Origin: Candidatus Woesearchaeota archaeon
GTDB taxonomy: Archaea; Nanobdellota; Nanobdellia; SCGC-AAA011-G17; GW2011-AR18
Length of the DNA: 64,000 nt
Direction: 5' to 3'
Assembly: GCA_964430545.1 (NCBI GenBank)
Contig: CAYSFG010000033.1
Location: 6,394 to 70,393, forward strand
Shown here one piece after another: positions 48,238-57,917 of the stretch. Both the position numbers and the translations under genes were made by a program. The notes under the pieces were generated by a model that was not told where the DNA came from, searched no databases, and worked only from the letters and a program-made list of their open reading frames with translations. The stretch's first letter is position 1; each line of letters begins with the position of its first letter.

Positions 48238-48369
48238 TGGGCCCATCCGGACTCGAATTCTCCAACTTTTTTTAGAAGTTTCCGGAGACCTTCACCACGT
48301 TTACCCAAAATTTAAAACTTTTCAAGGTGACGTTTTAGCCATAAGCTATAGCCACTAAACTATGGGCCC
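48238..48369 (-). tRNA. tRNA-Phe (anticodon GAA), 132 nt with three apparent introns (D loop, anticodon loop 37/38, T loop)
   Basis: Minus strand GGGCCCA TA GTTT AGTGGCTA [TAGCTTATGGCT] AAAAC G TCACC TTGAAA [AGTTTTAAATTTTGGGTAAACG] T GGTGA AGGTC TCCGG [AAACTTCTAAAAAAAGTTGGAGAA] TTCGAGT CCGGA TGGGCCC A. All four stems are perfect only after removing the bracketed inserts. Confidence 0.7.
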
Positions 48370-48406
48370 AATAAAAAATTAAAATATCTAAAGAATAAAA
48401 GCTTTC

Positions 48407-49570
48407 CTATAATATTTTTATAGTCTCTTTAAACATTTCATTCATCTCATCTGTTTTAATAACGAGGATTTTTACTTTGCTATCTTTATTTTGTATATAT
48501 CCTTCTTCTTTAAATTTTTCATTCTTATTTTCATCAATTATTATTCCCAAGTTATCTAATTCTTTAAGTATTTTTTCTCTAATAACAATAGAATTGTAAC
48601 CTATTGCTCCTGTGAATATTATTAAATCTAATCCATTCATTGCAGCAATATAACTTCCTATATATTTTTTTATTCTATATGAAAATAAATCCAGTGCAAT
48701 CTTAACTTTATGATTTTTCTTTTCTAACTTTAATAGTTCTCTTACATCATCACTTTCCCCAAGTCCATAAAATCCGCATTCTTTGTTTAGATATTCTTCT
48801 AATTTTTCATAATCTAATTTTAGTTTTTTTCCTAAATATAATAAGGCGCCTGCGTCTATATCTCCTATTCTTGTTGAACCAAATATTCCTTCTAATGGTG
48901 TGTATCCCATGCTTGTATCAAAACTTTTTTGTTCTTTTATTGCAGTTATGCTAGACCCGCCCCCTAAATGGCATATTATTATTTTATCAGGTATTTCTTC
49001 AAATGAGCTTTTTAGTTTATTTAATATTGAGCTTATTGATATTCCATGATATCCATATTTATAAAGTTCTAATTTTTCTGCAATTTTATTGTTTATAGCA
49101 TACAATTTTGCAGTTTCTTGTTTTGTTTTATGAAATGCACTATCAGATATTCCTATAAATTTTACTTTAGGAAGTAATTTTTGTAAATTTATTAATTCAA
49201 TTAATGTTGGCTTTATGTGTAATTGGGCTGATTCACTTACTTCTCTTAATTTTTCTAAATAAATTTTATCTATTATTTTATTTTCTAAAAAATATAAACC
49301 AGGTGCTACTATTCTTATTCCTATTCCACTTAATCCATTATCTATTAAGTTTTTATTTATTAAATATTTTATTAAATATTTTGCAGAGTTTTCATAATCA
49401 TTTTTATTTATTTTTTTCTTTTCTTTTTTATCATTAAATTCTATATTAACTAAAAATTCTTTTCCAAATTTTTCAAAATTAGCTTTTAATATTAATTTAT
49501 GATTATACAAACTATACTTCTTTGAAGCACTCCCTACATTTACTATTAAATATTTTTTTTCCATTGCCAT
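48407..49570 (-). CDS. ackA: Acetate kinase
   Basis: N-terminal KYLIVNVGSASKKYSLY (ASKHA phosphate-1 motif). 387 aa. Overlaps and is co-oriented with phosphoketolase. Confidence 0.75.
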   Translation of the reverse strand: MAMEKKYLIVNVGSASKKYSLYNHKLILKANFEKFGKEFLVNIEFNDKKEKKKINKNDYENSAKYLIKYLINKNLIDNGLSGIGIRIVAPGLYFLENKIIDKIYLEKLREVSESAQLHIKPTLIELINLQKLLPKVKFIGISDSAFHKTKQETAKLYAINNKIAEKLELYKYGYHGISISSILNKLKSSFEEIPDKIIICHLGGGSSITAIKEQKSFDTSMGYTPLEGIFGSTRIGDIDAGALLYLGKKLKLDYEKLEEYLNKECGFYGLGESDDVRELLKLEKKNHKVKIALDLFSYRIKKYIGSYIAAMNGLDLIIFTGAIGYNSIVIREKILKELDNLGIIIDENKNEKFKEEGYIQNKDSKVKILVIKTDEMNEMFKETIKIL

Positions 49571-51864
49571 TTTTCTATTTCGTCAGGATCTATTCCATAT
49601 TCTTTTATATATTCAGAATGTTCTTTTAATTTTTTTTCATATTTTTTTATTATTTTTTGTGTTTTATATTTTTTAATTACATTATTTTTTTCTAATAACA
49701 TTAATGCTTCTATTAATAAATGATACCTGCTTGTTTTGTTTCTTACATGCATATCAAATGGTGTTGTTGTTGATCCGTTTTCTATATATCCATGTACTTT
49801 AAATCTTTCTGGATTTTTATGGTCACAAAGAATCGCTTTTATGTCATTCGGATATCCATGATAGTTGAATATGACTGGTTTGTCTTTTGTGAAGTAATTT
49901 TCAAAATCATTCAACGGTATTCTGCATGTTTCATTTCCTATTCCTATTGAAGATAGTTCCATAATATTAACAAATCTTATTTTTATTTCAGGAATTTCAT
50001 TTTTTAATATATCTATTGCAGCTAAACATTCTTTTGTCAAGTAATCCCCTATCCCAACAAATACTATTTCTGGATTTTTATCACTAGCAAATTCCCATAT
50101 ACTTAATCCCGTCTGTAATTCTTTTTCTGCTTTTTCAATAGTTAACCATCTTGGCTCTACTGTTTTTCCTGCAACTATTATGTTTATTCCATTTTTTGAT
50201 TCCAAACATTTTTTTAATACAACTAAAGTAGAACTTCCATCTGCAGGAAAATATACTTTAGATAAACAATTTGTTCTTTCAAGCATTCCACTTATGAATT
50301 TTGGATTTTGATGAGAAAAACCATTATGTTCTTGTCTCCATCCTGATGATGTTAATATATAATTTAATGATGAAACATCTCCTCTCCATGATGTCTCGCC
50401 AGCTATTTTTAAAAATTTTTCATATTGGTCTGCCATGCTACTAACTATTTCTATAAAAGCTTCATAAGATGCAAATACACAATGTCTTCCTGTTAATATA
50501 TATCCTTGTGATAGTCCTTGTAGTGTATGTTCACTTAACATTTCTATTACTCTTCCATTTCTTCCGATATCTTTATCCCATTCTTTTATTGGCCAAACAA
50601 ATGATCTTTTTGTGGTTTTGAATATTTTATCTAATTTATTTGAGTAAGTCTCATCTGGTGACATTAATCTAAAATTGTTTTTATTTAATTTAAAAACTTC
50701 ATTTAAATATGCTCCGACTCTTCTCATACTTGATGATCCTATTGTTCCTGGTTTTGTTGAGTCTTCCTCAAATTTTTTTATATTTGGTAATTTTAATTCT
50801 TTATAATTTTTCCATCCTAAAGCATGTTTATTTAGTCCCATTGGTAATTTAGGTATTATTTCTTTTATTTCTTCTATAAAGCCATTATTAAATAATTGAT
50901 TAAAATTATAACTTCCAAACCATTTTTCAACAGCTTCAAGTTCTTTTAAATTTGTTTTTGCTTCTTTTGCTATTACTTGATGTGATAAACAATTACCTTC
51001 TAGTTTTTCTCCATTTAATGTTTTTATTCCAGTCCATCCTTTTTGCGTTCTTAATATTATCATGGGAAATCTTGGTGATAGTATTCCATTTTTTGATTGT
51101 ATTTTTTTTATTTTTATATAACATTCTTCTAATTCATCAATCATTTTTTCATAAATATTTGGTTCTTCCACTATTATGGGGTCATATCCGTATCCATAGA
51201 ATAATGATTTTAATTCTTTGTTTGACATTCTTCCTAATATTGTAGGTCCTGAAATTTTATATCCATTTAAATGTAATATTGGTAGAACTGCGCCATTTGT
51301 TTTTGGATCTATGAATTTGTTTATATGCCATGCTGTTGCTGTTGCTCCTGTTTCTGCTTCTCCATCACCTATTAAACATGCGACTATTAATTCTGGATTA
51401 TCTAATATTGCACCATATGCTGTGGATAATGAATATCCTAATTCTCCTCCCTCTACTATTACTCCTGGTGCTCCTGGATTGCTGTGGCTCGGAAATCCAT
51501 ATGGCCAACTAAAGTTTTTTGCAATATATTCTATTCCTTGTTTTGTATGTGTTGCTTCTTTGTAGAATTTTCCTAAACTTCCTTCTAAAAATAGATTTGA
51601 TTGTAATGCAGGAAATCCATGTCCTGGCCCCAATACAAACATCATATTTAATTCATGTTTTTTAATTAAATAATTTAAATTTGCATATACAAAATTGATT
51701 CCAGGACATGTTCCCCAATGTCCTAACAATCTTGGTTTTATATCTTCAAAGTTTAATTTTTTTTCTAGAAAGAAATTATTTTTTAAATATATCTGTATCG
51801 CTGATAAGTAATTTACTGCTCTTACATATTTTTTTATTGATTCTACAGCCTCTTTTTTATTCAT
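49546..51864 (-). CDS. xfp: Xylulose-5-phosphate/fructose-6-phosphate phosphoketolase (XFP, TPP-dependent)
   Basis: Phosphoketolase signature LLGHWGTCPG near the N-terminus, TPP-binding GDGE block. 772 aa. Confidence 0.9.
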   Translation of the reverse strand: MNKKEAVESIKKYVRAVNYLSAIQIYLKNNFFLEKKLNFEDIKPRLLGHWGTCPGINFVYANLNYLIKKHELNMMFVLGPGHGFPALQSNLFLEGSLGKFYKEATHTKQGIEYIAKNFSWPYGFPSHSNPGAPGVIVEGGELGYSLSTAYGAILDNPELIVACLIGDGEAETGATATAWHINKFIDPKTNGAVLPILHLNGYKISGPTILGRMSNKELKSLFYGYGYDPIIVEEPNIYEKMIDELEECYIKIKKIQSKNGILSPRFPMIILRTQKGWTGIKTLNGEKLEGNCLSHQVIAKEAKTNLKELEAVEKWFGSYNFNQLFNNGFIEEIKEIIPKLPMGLNKHALGWKNYKELKLPNIKKFEEDSTKPGTIGSSSMRRVGAYLNEVFKLNKNNFRLMSPDETYSNKLDKIFKTTKRSFVWPIKEWDKDIGRNGRVIEMLSEHTLQGLSQGYILTGRHCVFASYEAFIEIVSSMADQYEKFLKIAGETSWRGDVSSLNYILTSSGWRQEHNGFSHQNPKFISGMLERTNCLSKVYFPADGSSTLVVLKKCLESKNGINIIVAGKTVEPRWLTIEKAEKELQTGLSIWEFASDKNPEIVFVGIGDYLTKECLAAIDILKNEIPEIKIRFVNIMELSSIGIGNETCRIPLNDFENYFTKDKPVIFNYHGYPNDIKAILCDHKNPERFKVHGYIENGSTTTPFDMHVRNKTSRYHLLIEALMLLEKNNVIKKYKTQKIIKKYEKKLKEHSEYIKEYGIDPDEIEKWQWKKNI

Positions 51865-51903
51865 AATTTTTTTATATATCCTGTTATATAATAAGTTATC
51901 GTT

Positions 51904-52263
51904 CTATGTAAATCTTGTCTGTAATTTTTTACTATAACTTAATGGATGATCTGTTACTAAGGTTATTGCAGTCATATAAGGTTCAAGCTCTTTGTACATA
52001 TTATCATAACTTTTTTGTCCTTTTTTTGTTAATACTAAACTTTTTTTTTCATATTTTATTAATTTATTTTCTTCTAAAAATTCTAAATTCTTGTATAATG
52101 CTCTATCTTGTTTTTTTACTATATCAGCGTTTTTTGCTATATCAATAAATTGCGCTTTAGATATTGTTATTGTTAAGTTTTTATCTTGTATCTTTTTATT
52201 TGCTTCTCTATACCAGAATCCTAATGCGAATAATATAAATTTGTGTGTTTGACTTAGTAGCAT
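51904..52263 (-). CDS. Hypothetical protein, possibly a wHTH regulator
   Basis: ORF only, directly upstream of xfp. Confidence 0.3.
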   Translation of the reverse strand: MLLSQTHKFILFALGFWYREANKKIQDKNLTITISKAQFIDIAKNADIVKKQDRALYKNLEFLEENKLIKYEKKSLVLTKKGQKSYDNMYKELEPYMTAITLVTDHPLSYSKKLQTRFT

Positions 52264-52305
52264 TGCTTTATTTTTTGATTTATTAGAAGATAAATGTTTG
52301 CTATT

Positions 52306-52854
52306 TTAATTATCTAATTCATAATTAATAATTGTTATACAATCTGCTGCCAAATAAACTGTGTTTCCTAAAGATATTTTCTTTCCATATCTTAATACAA
52401 ATCCTTCTTCTTTTTTTGGTAAACCTACTTGGTCTCCTATTACAAATACCGAATTTTCTTTAAATTTAATTTTACTAATTACTTCTCCTTTTTCTTCTAA
52501 TACATAAATTTCATTCTCTTTAGATAATTCTTTTATTATTTCTTGAAAACTTTTTTTTTCTAAACTAAATCCTTTATGTTCTTTTCCTGATAAAACATTT
52601 TTTATTATATCACCTATTGTTATTTCATCACATCTTAGATCATAAACTATTTTACCATCTATTCTCATATATAATGGGGGTTTAGGAGGCCCATTTAATA
52701 TAATGTGAAATATTACATCTCTTCTTAGTGCATGTGATTTAAAAAAACTAGAAACTATGCAATGTGCTACTATATCCAATCTTCCTGCTTCTCTCAGATT
52801 TTTAAAATTTCCTGTTGTATATCCTTGTCTTGAAAATAGTATAAAGTGTTTCAT
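52306..52854 (-). CDS. trmY: tRNA (pseudouridine54-N1)-methyltransferase TrmY (COG1901/DUF358, SPOUT fold)
   Basis: MKHFILFSRQGYTTGNFKNLREAGRLDIVAHCIVSSFFKSHALRRDVIFHIILNG matches the TrmY N-terminal block. Confidence 0.7.
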   Translation of the reverse strand: MKHFILFSRQGYTTGNFKNLREAGRLDIVAHCIVSSFFKSHALRRDVIFHIILNGPPKPPLYMRIDGKIVYDLRCDEITIGDIIKNVLSGKEHKGFSLEKKSFQEIIKELSKENEIYVLEEKGEVISKIKFKENSVFVIGDQVGLPKKEEGFVLRYGKKISLGNTVYLAADCITIINYELDN

Positions 52855-53136
52855 AAGAATATTATTTTATTCACATTTAAAAGGTTAACTTAAATTATTT
52901 TTCTCAAAAGTTATAATAAATATCAACTTAATTAAGGTGTTTTAATATTTCCAACTGTTTTGATTATTGGAGAAAAAATAACAGAGGAAAGCTTGGAAAA
53001 TTAAGTAGACTATTTATTTATGGAGAAGAGAACCTATTCAAATGGATGAGATTAATCGGAACATCAAATAAAATTAAAGAATTAAAATTTTTAACTTGGA
53101 AAAAATATGGATATTTATCAAAGAATTGGAATTTAA

Positions 53137-53221
53137 AGCCCCTGGTGGAAATTGAATCCACAACCTCTTCCTCATTAGCATAAGTTACCAAGGAAGGACT
53201 CCACCATTAAGCTACAGGGGC
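53137..53221 (-). tRNA. tRNA-Thr (anticodon GGU) with a 13-nt canonical anticodon-loop intron
   Basis: Minus strand GCCCCTG TA GCTT AATGGTG GAGT C CTTCC TTGGTA [ACTTATGCTAATG] A GGAAG AGGTT GTGGA TTCAATT TCCAC CAGGGGC T. Confidence 0.75.
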
Positions 53222-53535
53222 GTTAAGAAATAAGATTTTGCTACTATTTTTAAGTGTTTTTATTAAATAAAATAAGAATTTATTCTAATTCTAAATCTTT
53301 AACATTGCCCATAAAATCTTTTAATGTTCTTTTGTTATCATAAAATTTTAATCTTAAAGTTTTTCCTTCATTTATTATTTTTAACATTTTTTGGGCTAAC
53401 TGAATTAATTTTTCTTGAATAGTTTTTTTAGTATCACTTGTTCAGTTGTAGTTTTTTTAATTCTAATAATTTTCTCGCTTTTTTTAAGTCTTAAATTTCT
53501 TTTTTATAGGTTATATTTTAAATTGATGATATCCA

Positions 53536-53772
53536 TCAATTTTTACCTAATTTTTTCATTAATTCTTTTTTATTAGGAACTCCAACAAATTCTAATTTAT
53601 TGTTTATGACAATGCCGGGAGCGCTCATGATAAGATATTTTTGCAGAAGTGCAGGATTTTTTGTTATATCTATACTTTCATATTTTATATTTTCCTCATC
53701 TAACATTTTTTTAACTTGATTGCATCCTGAACAATTCGGTGTAGTTAAAATTTGAATTTTCATTTTTCTCAT
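53536..53772 (-). CDS. Glutaredoxin/thioredoxin-like small protein (CxxC)
   Basis: MKIQILTTPNCSGCNQVK is an active-site CxxC at the N-terminus of a thioredoxin fold. Confidence 0.65.
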   Translation of the reverse strand: MRKMKIQILTTPNCSGCNQVKKMLDEENIKYESIDITKNPALLQKYLIMSAPGIVINNKLEFVGVPNKKELMKKLGKN

Positions 53773-53978
53773 TCCTTATAAGTATTAATTCCCAATAATT
53801 GATACAAATAACAATATGAAATAAAACTTTCAATAAATATAATCATTCCTATCACAATAAAAATTATCTTTAATATATTTTCATAAAGAATAAGTCCTAA
53901 AAGAACCAATATAAGTCCTAAAAAAAATCTTAATATTCTATCTGTCAATCCTATATTCTTTAGCATTTTAATCCTCAC
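53769..53978 (-). CDS. DUF2892-family small membrane protein
   Basis: KNIGLTDRILRFFLGLILVLLGL. A paralogue lies at 57918..58118. Confidence 0.5.
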   Translation of the reverse strand: MRIKMLKNIGLTDRILRFFLGLILVLLGLILYENILKIIFIVIGMIIFIESFISYCYLYQLLGINTYKE

Positions 53979-54828
53979 CTTTATACAGTTTATTTTTTAT
54001 TAATAAAATAACAGTTATTATAATTAATGCTATTATGGATAAAACAAGCCAAACTGGGATTTTTTCCAACACACTTATTAAAAATGCAGTTAATTGTGAA
54101 GCAATTATGTTAATTTTCATTTGGCTTGCAGAATGATTTGTTAACTGATTTTTTAACATGAAATAAATTATAAGCCAAGCCATAATAATAAATATAATTC
54201 CAGATAATAAATTAGAAACAGACACACTAATATCTTTCCCAAATATATTATACTTTATTTCTTTTTTAAATATTAAAATCTTTTCCATAATTTTTGTTTT
54301 ATCAACAAAGTAAGATATCACAAACAATGGAGCAACCATCCCTATCACATAAAATACAGAATATATTCCGCCCCAAAATATTGATCCAGGTAAAGCAGAT
54401 AAAGCTAATGCCCCAGCTAATACTGGTGCGCAGCATAAAGTAGCAAATGCAGAAAATACACCTAAAATAAAAACAGAACCTATTCCAGTTACTTTTATTT
54501 GGGATTTTGTTTGGAAAGGTAGGGAAAAATGATATCCTAATAATATGGATATGCCTAATAAAAATAAAAATCCAGCTCCAATACCATAGATTAAATTATG
54601 GTACTGTTTGAGCATTTGTCCTATAAATCCAAATCCTAAACCAAGAGGTAAAAAAATTGCTAGTAGACCAAAGAAAAAAACTAGGGTCATTAAAAGAATT
54701 GTCTTTTTCTGTCTAAATATGGATGCAAAATAAGCTGGCAATAATACCCCTATACAACAAGGGGCAAATAATGCAGCTATTCCTGCTAATAATGCAGTTA
54801 CTAATGAAGCAATAATTAATATTTCCAT
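53968..54828 (-). CDS. ccdA: Cytochrome c-type biogenesis / thiol-disulfide electron transporter CcdA (DsbD family)
   Basis: Polytopic membrane protein with Cys pairs in TM1 and TM4 (FAPCCIGVLLPAYF, TLCCAPVLAGALALSA). Confidence 0.75.
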   Translation of the reverse strand: MEILIIASLVTALLAGIAALFAPCCIGVLLPAYFASIFRQKKTILLMTLVFFFGLLAIFLPLGLGFGFIGQMLKQYHNLIYGIGAGFLFLLGISILLGYHFSLPFQTKSQIKVTGIGSVFILGVFSAFATLCCAPVLAGALALSALPGSIFWGGIYSVFYVIGMVAPLFVISYFVDKTKIMEKILIFKKEIKYNIFGKDISVSVSNLLSGIIFIIMAWLIIYFMLKNQLTNHSASQMKINIIASQLTAFLISVLEKIPVWLVLSIIALIIITVILLIKNKLYKGED

Positions 54829-54831
54829 AAT

Positions 54832-55599
54832 TTATGTCACCTTACTTATCTCTGCAAATAGTACATCATTATTTATTGCCATATTTGGATCATCTAATTT
54901 AAAAATAATAATCCCTTTTTTATTAATAATAAAATAAGTATGCCCGGGATAGGATCCTTTATGCATTGAAGATTGTAGATTTAGTGTCCCATAAGCCTGT
55001 GATACAAAACCCCCTGTATCATATAACATATTAGATTTTTGGAATGTAGTTTTAGAACTGAAAACTTGAGACCATTTTTCTTTTGAGTCTACTACAATGG
55101 AAACAGGTATAATTTCTTCAGTATTAAGACGTGAATCTTGGCCTAGAGCAGTAATCTGCTGCCAGCAAGCAGGATAACACATTGCTCCTTCATTAAAAAA
55201 TAATATTACATTTTTGCCTTTGTAGTTACTAAGTTTAAAAGTTGTGTTATCTTGTTTTATTAAGATAAAATCTGGTGCTTCCTTTCCTATTGCATCGTCA
55301 AAATTAATTGTTTTAATATCTTTGTTAAGCACATTATTTTCTGTAATTAAATTATTATCATGATGGTTCATATCATCTACTTGTGATATTTCTTGATTTA
55401 TTTTATTAGCATAACCACTATCACTAATATTTTTAATTGTCATAAAGAACAATGTACCTATTAAAAGTATTACCACAATTATAATTATAGTTTTTTTATA
55501 GTTCATTTTTTCTGATCGGATAATTTTATAGTTAATATATTTAATGACAGCAACTCTTGTGATTTTTTTTTGTTGTATTGTGCTGCATTTGTTTTTCAT
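54832..55599 (-). CDS. Membrane-anchored thioredoxin-fold protein (SCO1/SenC- or TlpA/ResA-like) with a CxxxC motif
   Basis: N-terminal TM, then a redoxin-like domain containing GAMCYPACWQQ. Confidence 0.5.
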   Translation of the reverse strand: MKNKCSTIQQKKITRVAVIKYINYKIIRSEKMNYKKTIIIIVVILLIGTLFFMTIKNISDSGYANKINQEISQVDDMNHHDNNLITENNVLNKDIKTINFDDAIGKEAPDFILIKQDNTTFKLSNYKGKNVILFFNEGAMCYPACWQQITALGQDSRLNTEEIIPVSIVVDSKEKWSQVFSSKTTFQKSNMLYDTGGFVSQAYGTLNLQSSMHKGSYPGHTYFIINKKGIIIFKLDDPNMAINNDVLFAEISKVT

Positions 55600-55723
55600 A
55601 TTTATTCAAGCAAGAAGTTGAACAAAACCAATTATTATTTTTATCAATGCCTTTACCTTTCTCTTGTTTCATGCTACATATTGGGTCAGTTTTTTTAAAT
55701 CCAAACATTTTAACAGCCTCCAA
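55541..55723 (-). CDS. YHS/TRASH-domain metal-binding protein
   Basis: DPICSMKQEKG...WFCSTSCLNKY matches the YHS block DPVCGM...FCS..C. C-terminal CCH. Confidence 0.5.
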   Translation of the reverse strand: MEAVKMFGFKKTDPICSMKQEKGKGIDKNNNWFCSTSCLNKYEKQMQHNTTKKNHKSCCH

Positions 55724-55973
55724 CCATTCCTGTTGATTGTGGTGCAGTACTACCGCCTAATTTTGTAGGTATTGTTCCATGGTGTTCATACATCATTTTT
55801 TCGTTTGCAGTCCATCCAGTTGTATCAAGATTCTTCCCAGCTGAAGCTGTTGCTACTTCAATTACTAAACCTATTTCACTTTTTAGTGAATTTATCTGAA
55901 AAGACTGAAATACTAAAAACAATAATATTCCCCCAATCATTATTAAATTAAGATATTCTATATATTTTTTCAT
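55710..55973 (-). CDS. Small membrane-anchored hypothetical protein
   Basis: N-terminal TM plus a His-containing tail MMYEHHG. Confidence 0.3.
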   Translation of the reverse strand: MKKYIEYLNLIMIGGILLFLVFQSFQINSLKSEIGLVIEVATASAGKNLDTTGWTANEKMMYEHHGTIPTKLGGSTAPQSTGMVGGC

Positions 55974-55976
55974 TTT

Positions 55977-56318
55977 TTATTCCTCCCTAATCCATCCTTT
56001 ATTTTTACAATGATCCATGCATAAATTGTAGAGCCATACAAATATTAAAGTAAATACTGCTGTAAAGATAATAATTTCTACAAAACCTATAAAAAAAGAT
56101 GAAAATGTTATTGTTGTTTCTTTTGCTATTTTTACTAAATCAATTCCATGGAACAAATTATTAAATAATTCTAAAGCTTTATTTGAAAATAAAACAAATA
56201 ATAAAGTACATAGTGTATAAATAAGACTTGCAGTTATTGTTGTAGCTACGACAGAAGGCCATGCAGGTAATTTATTCATTTTAACATCCACCAATCTGTT
56301 CGCTAGAACCACCAGCAA
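55977..56318 (-). CDS. Hypothetical membrane protein
   Basis: Three hydrophobic segments. Confidence 0.3.
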   Translation of the reverse strand: MLVVLANRLVDVKMNKLPAWPSVVATTITASLIYTLCTLLFVLFSNKALELFNNLFHGIDLVKIAKETTITFSSFFIGFVEIIIFTAVFTLIFVWLYNLCMDHCKNKGWIREE

Positions 56319-56997
56319 CAGATCCCTTTTCTATATCTCTATATTTATTTGAAGCTAAATTTATATAATTTAATTCTATTCCTTTTTCTTGTAGTACTTT
56401 GGCTTTTGCAGCTATTGCACCTGGAAAGAATAAAGTCTTCCATTTTCCTATTTCTTCTAATATTTGGTAATCTGTAAATTCATTTTGGTGGTATTTTATT
56501 AAATATTTAGCTAAGCCTCTCATTACATAACTATGCGCACAACCACATACAGCCCTTCCATTTTTATCTATTAATGCTTGTGCACCACAGCAATATTCGC
56601 ATGCCATCTGGCTTGCAATAGAAATGTATCTTTGCATTTCAATATCAGTTAATTTAATACCATCATCTAAAGCACTAATTTTTTTTATTGTTACATCTGT
56701 TTTCTGGGTATCTACAGCTGAAACATCATCAAAGCTAACTACAAGTTCTGTTCCATATATTCTAGGCACTCCACTAGGTAAAATATTAGCAATATCAATT
56801 TTAGTGTTGCTTCCAGAAAATAAATTAAATGAAGAACTGCCATTCGTTATTTGGGTAAGCTGGAAAATATTAAAGCCTATAATAAAAACTATAGCTATAA
56901 GTAAACTTAAAGATAAGTAGTGCATACTGTCATTTGAAAAATACTTATTGTTATTATTTAGATTTTTATCTTCTAATATTTTTATATTTTTTTTCAT
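56281..56997 (-). CDS. Membrane-anchored Cys-rich extracytoplasmic protein, hypothetical
   Basis: N-terminal TM, then ...MACEYCCGAQALIDKNGRAVCGCAHSY. Confidence 0.35.
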   Translation of the reverse strand: MKKNIKILEDKNLNNNNKYFSNDSMHYLSLSLLIAIVFIIGFNIFQLTQITNGSSSFNLFSGSNTKIDIANILPSGVPRIYGTELVVSFDDVSAVDTQKTDVTIKKISALDDGIKLTDIEMQRYISIASQMACEYCCGAQALIDKNGRAVCGCAHSYVMRGLAKYLIKYHQNEFTDYQILEEIGKWKTLFFPGAIAAKAKVLQEKGIELNYINLASNKYRDIEKGSVAGGSSEQIGGC

Positions 56998-57096
56998 AGA
57001 AATTAGTAAAGTGCAACAGCTTAAATAAATAATTATGAAACTAGTTTCGCAGTTATATATAAATAATGTTTCACATTAATATATTTAGAACAAAAT

Positions 57097-57516
57097 ATGA
57101 ATGATAAGAAAAATAAACTAATATTCATAGGAATATTTATATTAATAGTAATAATTATAGTATCAGTATTTTTTATATTTTTTATGCCGGTATTTAGTAA
57201 AAATATCTATAAAACAAAAACAAGTGTCGGACAAGTTAGTATTGATTTAACTCCTAAAGGTATAGTTGATGGAAAATTTACTTTTGACATTGAAGTAAAT
57301 ACTCATACGATTAATAATTTAAATGAATATGACATAAAACAAAACATTATTATGAATTATGATAAAAAATCAATTAAACCTATATTCGCACCCCAGTTAT
57401 CAAGTCATCATAATTCAGGAGTATTGGTTTTTGATTTAAATAAAGCGCCTAAGGAATTTAGTATAAATATTATTGGAATTCCTGATGTAAATGAAAGATC
57501 ACTAAAGTGGAAATGA
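57097..57516 (+). CDS. Membrane-anchored hypothetical protein
   Basis: Single N-terminal TM followed by a soluble domain of about 100 aa. Confidence 0.35.
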   Translation: MNDKKNKLIFIGIFILIVIIIVSVFFIFFMPVFSKNIYKTKTSVGQVSIDLTPKGIVDGKFTFDIEVNTHTINNLNEYDIKQNIIMNYDKKSIKPIFAPQLSSHHNSGVLVFDLNKAPKEFSINIIGIPDVNERSLKWK

Positions 57517-57911
57517 GCTTGAAATTAAAAGAAAGATTATCTTCTGTAACAAGCATATTTTCAAGTATTTTAAGTTTTTTAGGAGGGTACCAAGTCTGCC
57601 ATAATATTTGTTTAAGCCTAATTGCAGTGTTATCAATAATTGGAATTACTATAACAGGCATGCCATTATTTTTCTTAACAAAAATTGCAATTCCTTTTTG
57701 GATAGTCGCATTTTTATTATTATTAATAACACTTATATTATATTTCAAAAAAAAGTGTATATCAAAGAATTTAATAATTTTTAATACAGGAATAATCATA
57801 GCTGGAATACCATTTCAACAATTAAAAAATTATTTTATTGTGTTTTGGATTATTGGTGGAAGCCTGATTGTAGCATCAATTATTTTGTATATTAAAAAAA
57901 TAAAAAAATAA
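57507..57911 (+). CDS. Hypothetical polytopic membrane protein with an intramembrane CxxxC
   Basis: GGYQVCHNICLSL inside the first TM. The overlapping minus-strand ORF 57470..57799 is rejected as antisense. Confidence 0.4.
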   Translation: MEMSLKLKERLSSVTSIFSSILSFLGGYQVCHNICLSLIAVLSIIGITITGMPLFFLTKIAIPFWIVAFLLLLITLILYFKKKCISKNLIIFNTGIIIAGIPFQQLKNYFIVFWIIGGSLIVASIILYIKKIKK

Positions 57912-57917
57912 TTTTCT

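Noticed and set aside
49204-52148. Plus-strand ORFs inside ackA and xfp (49204-49437, 50952-51245, 51218-51565, 51330-51512) and in the hypothetical gene at 51904..52263 (51915-52148)
   Set aside because: Antisense to long, motif-supported minus-strand genes.
53223-53535. Minus-strand ORF fragments (for example MLKIINEGKTLRLKFYDNKRTLKDFMGNVKDLELE) between tRNA-Thr and the glutaredoxin gene
   Set aside because: Short, interrupted by stops and frameshifts, and without recognisable motifs. Possibly a decayed small gene but not supportable as a feature.
56624-56920. Plus-strand ORF in the Cys-rich membrane protein gene
   Set aside because: Antisense.
57470-57799. Minus-strand 109-aa ORF overlapping two plus-strand membrane protein genes
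   Set aside because: The plus-strand products have coherent TM-helix patterns and a CxxxC motif. The minus-strand product has no such features.
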